NCBI GenBank assembly: GCA_023205875.1
Contig: CP060768.1
Location: forward strand, 555,299-575,298
Direction of reading: 5' to 3'
From: Chloropicon primus
Lineage: Eukaryota
Length of the DNA stretch: 20,000 bases
Shown here: positions 19,095 through 20,000 of the stretch, one piece after another
Position numbering within the stretch: position 1 is the first letter of the stretch
How the letters are laid out: every line of letters begins with the position of its first letter
The notes under the pieces: model-generated
Database searches by the model: none
What the model was told of the DNA's origin: nothing
Seen by the model: the letters and a program-made list of their open reading frames with translations, nothing else
Translations under genes and position numbers: made by a program

Positions 19095-19384
19095 GCACCA
19101 CGGAAAGCTTGGATGATGCGGCGGTGTCTTTCACTTAGGCTTCTTTTGTTCTCCGGCTCCTTTCCTTGGCCAGGTCGTCCTTCCTTCCTTCCTCGGGCAA
19201 ACCCTACTCAAGGCACTTCGGACCCACGAGAGGGCCTTTTAGGCGTTAGGTTTTAGGACTCCCAAGGCTTTAGGAAACGTGGTGACTCGAAGGCACCACG
19301 GAAAGCTTGGATGATGCGACGGTGTCTTTCTCTTAGGCTTCTTTTGTTCTCCGGCTCCTTTCCTTGGCCAGGTCGTCCTTCCTT
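19095..19384 (+). repeat. Subtelomeric 92-bp direct repeat (19095-19186 and 19293-19384)
   Basis: Manual alignment of GCACCACGGAAAGCTTGGATGATGCG...GGCCAGGTCGTCCTTCCTT gives two mismatches at a 198-bp period. Confidence 0.92.
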
Positions 19385-19473
19385 AGGTTTAGGATTGTAG
19401 GTTTGTAGGTTGTTATGTTGTTATGTTGTTAGGTTGTTATGTTGTTAGGTTGTTAGGTTGTTAGGTTGTTAGG
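19385..19473 (+). repeat. Degenerate telomere-proximal variant repeats (TTGTTAGG, TTGTTATG, TTGTAGG)
   Basis: Seen directly between the second repeat copy and the regular telomere array. Confidence 0.85.
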
Positions 19474-20000
19474 TTTAGGTTTTTAGGTTTTAGGTTTTAG
19501 GTTTTAGGTTTTAGGTTTTTAGGTTTTAGGTTTTAGGTTTTAGGTTTTAGGTTTTAGGTTTTAGGTTTTTAGGTTTAGGTTTAGGTTTAGGTTTTAGGTT
19601 TTAGGTTTTAGGTTTTAGGTTTTAGGTTTTAGGTTTTAGGTTTTAGGTTTTAGGTTTTAGGTTTTAGGTTTTAGGTTTTAGGTTTTAGGTTTTAGGTTTT
19701 AGGTTTTAGGTTTTAGGTTTTAGGTTTTAGGTTTTAGGTTTTAGGTTTTAGGTTTTTAGGTTTTAGGTTTTAGGTTTTAGGTTTTAGGTTTTAGGTTTTA
19801 GGTTTTAGGTTTAGGTTTTAGGTTTTAGGTTTTAGGTTTTAGGTTTTAGGTTTTAGGTTTTAGGTTTTAGGTTTTAGGTTTTAGGTTTTAGGTTTTTAGG
19901 TTTTAGGTTTTAGGTTTTAGGTTTTTAGGTTTTAGGTTTTAGGTTTTAGGTTTTTAGGTTTTTAGGTTTTAGGTTTTAGGTTTTAGGTTTTAGGTTTAGG
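19474..20000 (+). repeat. Telomeric array (TTTTAGG)n with occasional T3/T5 variants; chromosome right end
   Basis: More than 500 bp of tandem TTTTAGG runs to the window end, with the G-rich strand oriented toward the terminus. Confidence 0.96.

Noticed and set aside
17374..19256. Short ORFs in the subtelomere, including the 80-aa ORF at 18747-18989 in a lower-GC patch
   Set aside because: Short, several with non-ATG starts, and no recognisable motifs. A decayed gene fragment cannot be excluded without a BLASTX search.
19095..20000. CRISPR-like or LTR interpretation of the terminal repeats
   Set aside because: No unique spacers, cas genes or retroelement ORFs. The context is eukaryotic and telomeric.

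Overview
Right-hand end of a chromosome from a compact, GC-rich, apparently intron-poor photosynthetic eukaryote. Nuclear genes with plastid transit peptides and a TGTAA poly(A) signal point to a green alga; a Chloropicon-like picoalga is my inference, not confirmed. From left to right: partial PSRP1/HPF-type plastid ribosome hibernation factor (-), S-adenosylhomocysteine hydrolase (+), IFT80 (-), phosphomannomutase (+) and light-dependent protochlorophyllide oxidoreductase (-). Then come three co-oriented minus-strand signalling genes: a beta-helix-ectodomain class C GPCR-like 7TM protein, a divergent heterotrimeric G-alpha-like protein, and a CNG-like cation channel with an IQ motif that is split by a 1-nt homopolymer frameshift. 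About 2.1 kb of subtelomeric DNA with a 92-bp duplication follows, and a (TTTTAGG)n telomere runs to the window end. The main find is the adjacent GPCR-like / G-alpha-like / CNG-channel trio, because model chlorophytes are generally reported to lack heterotrimeric G proteins.
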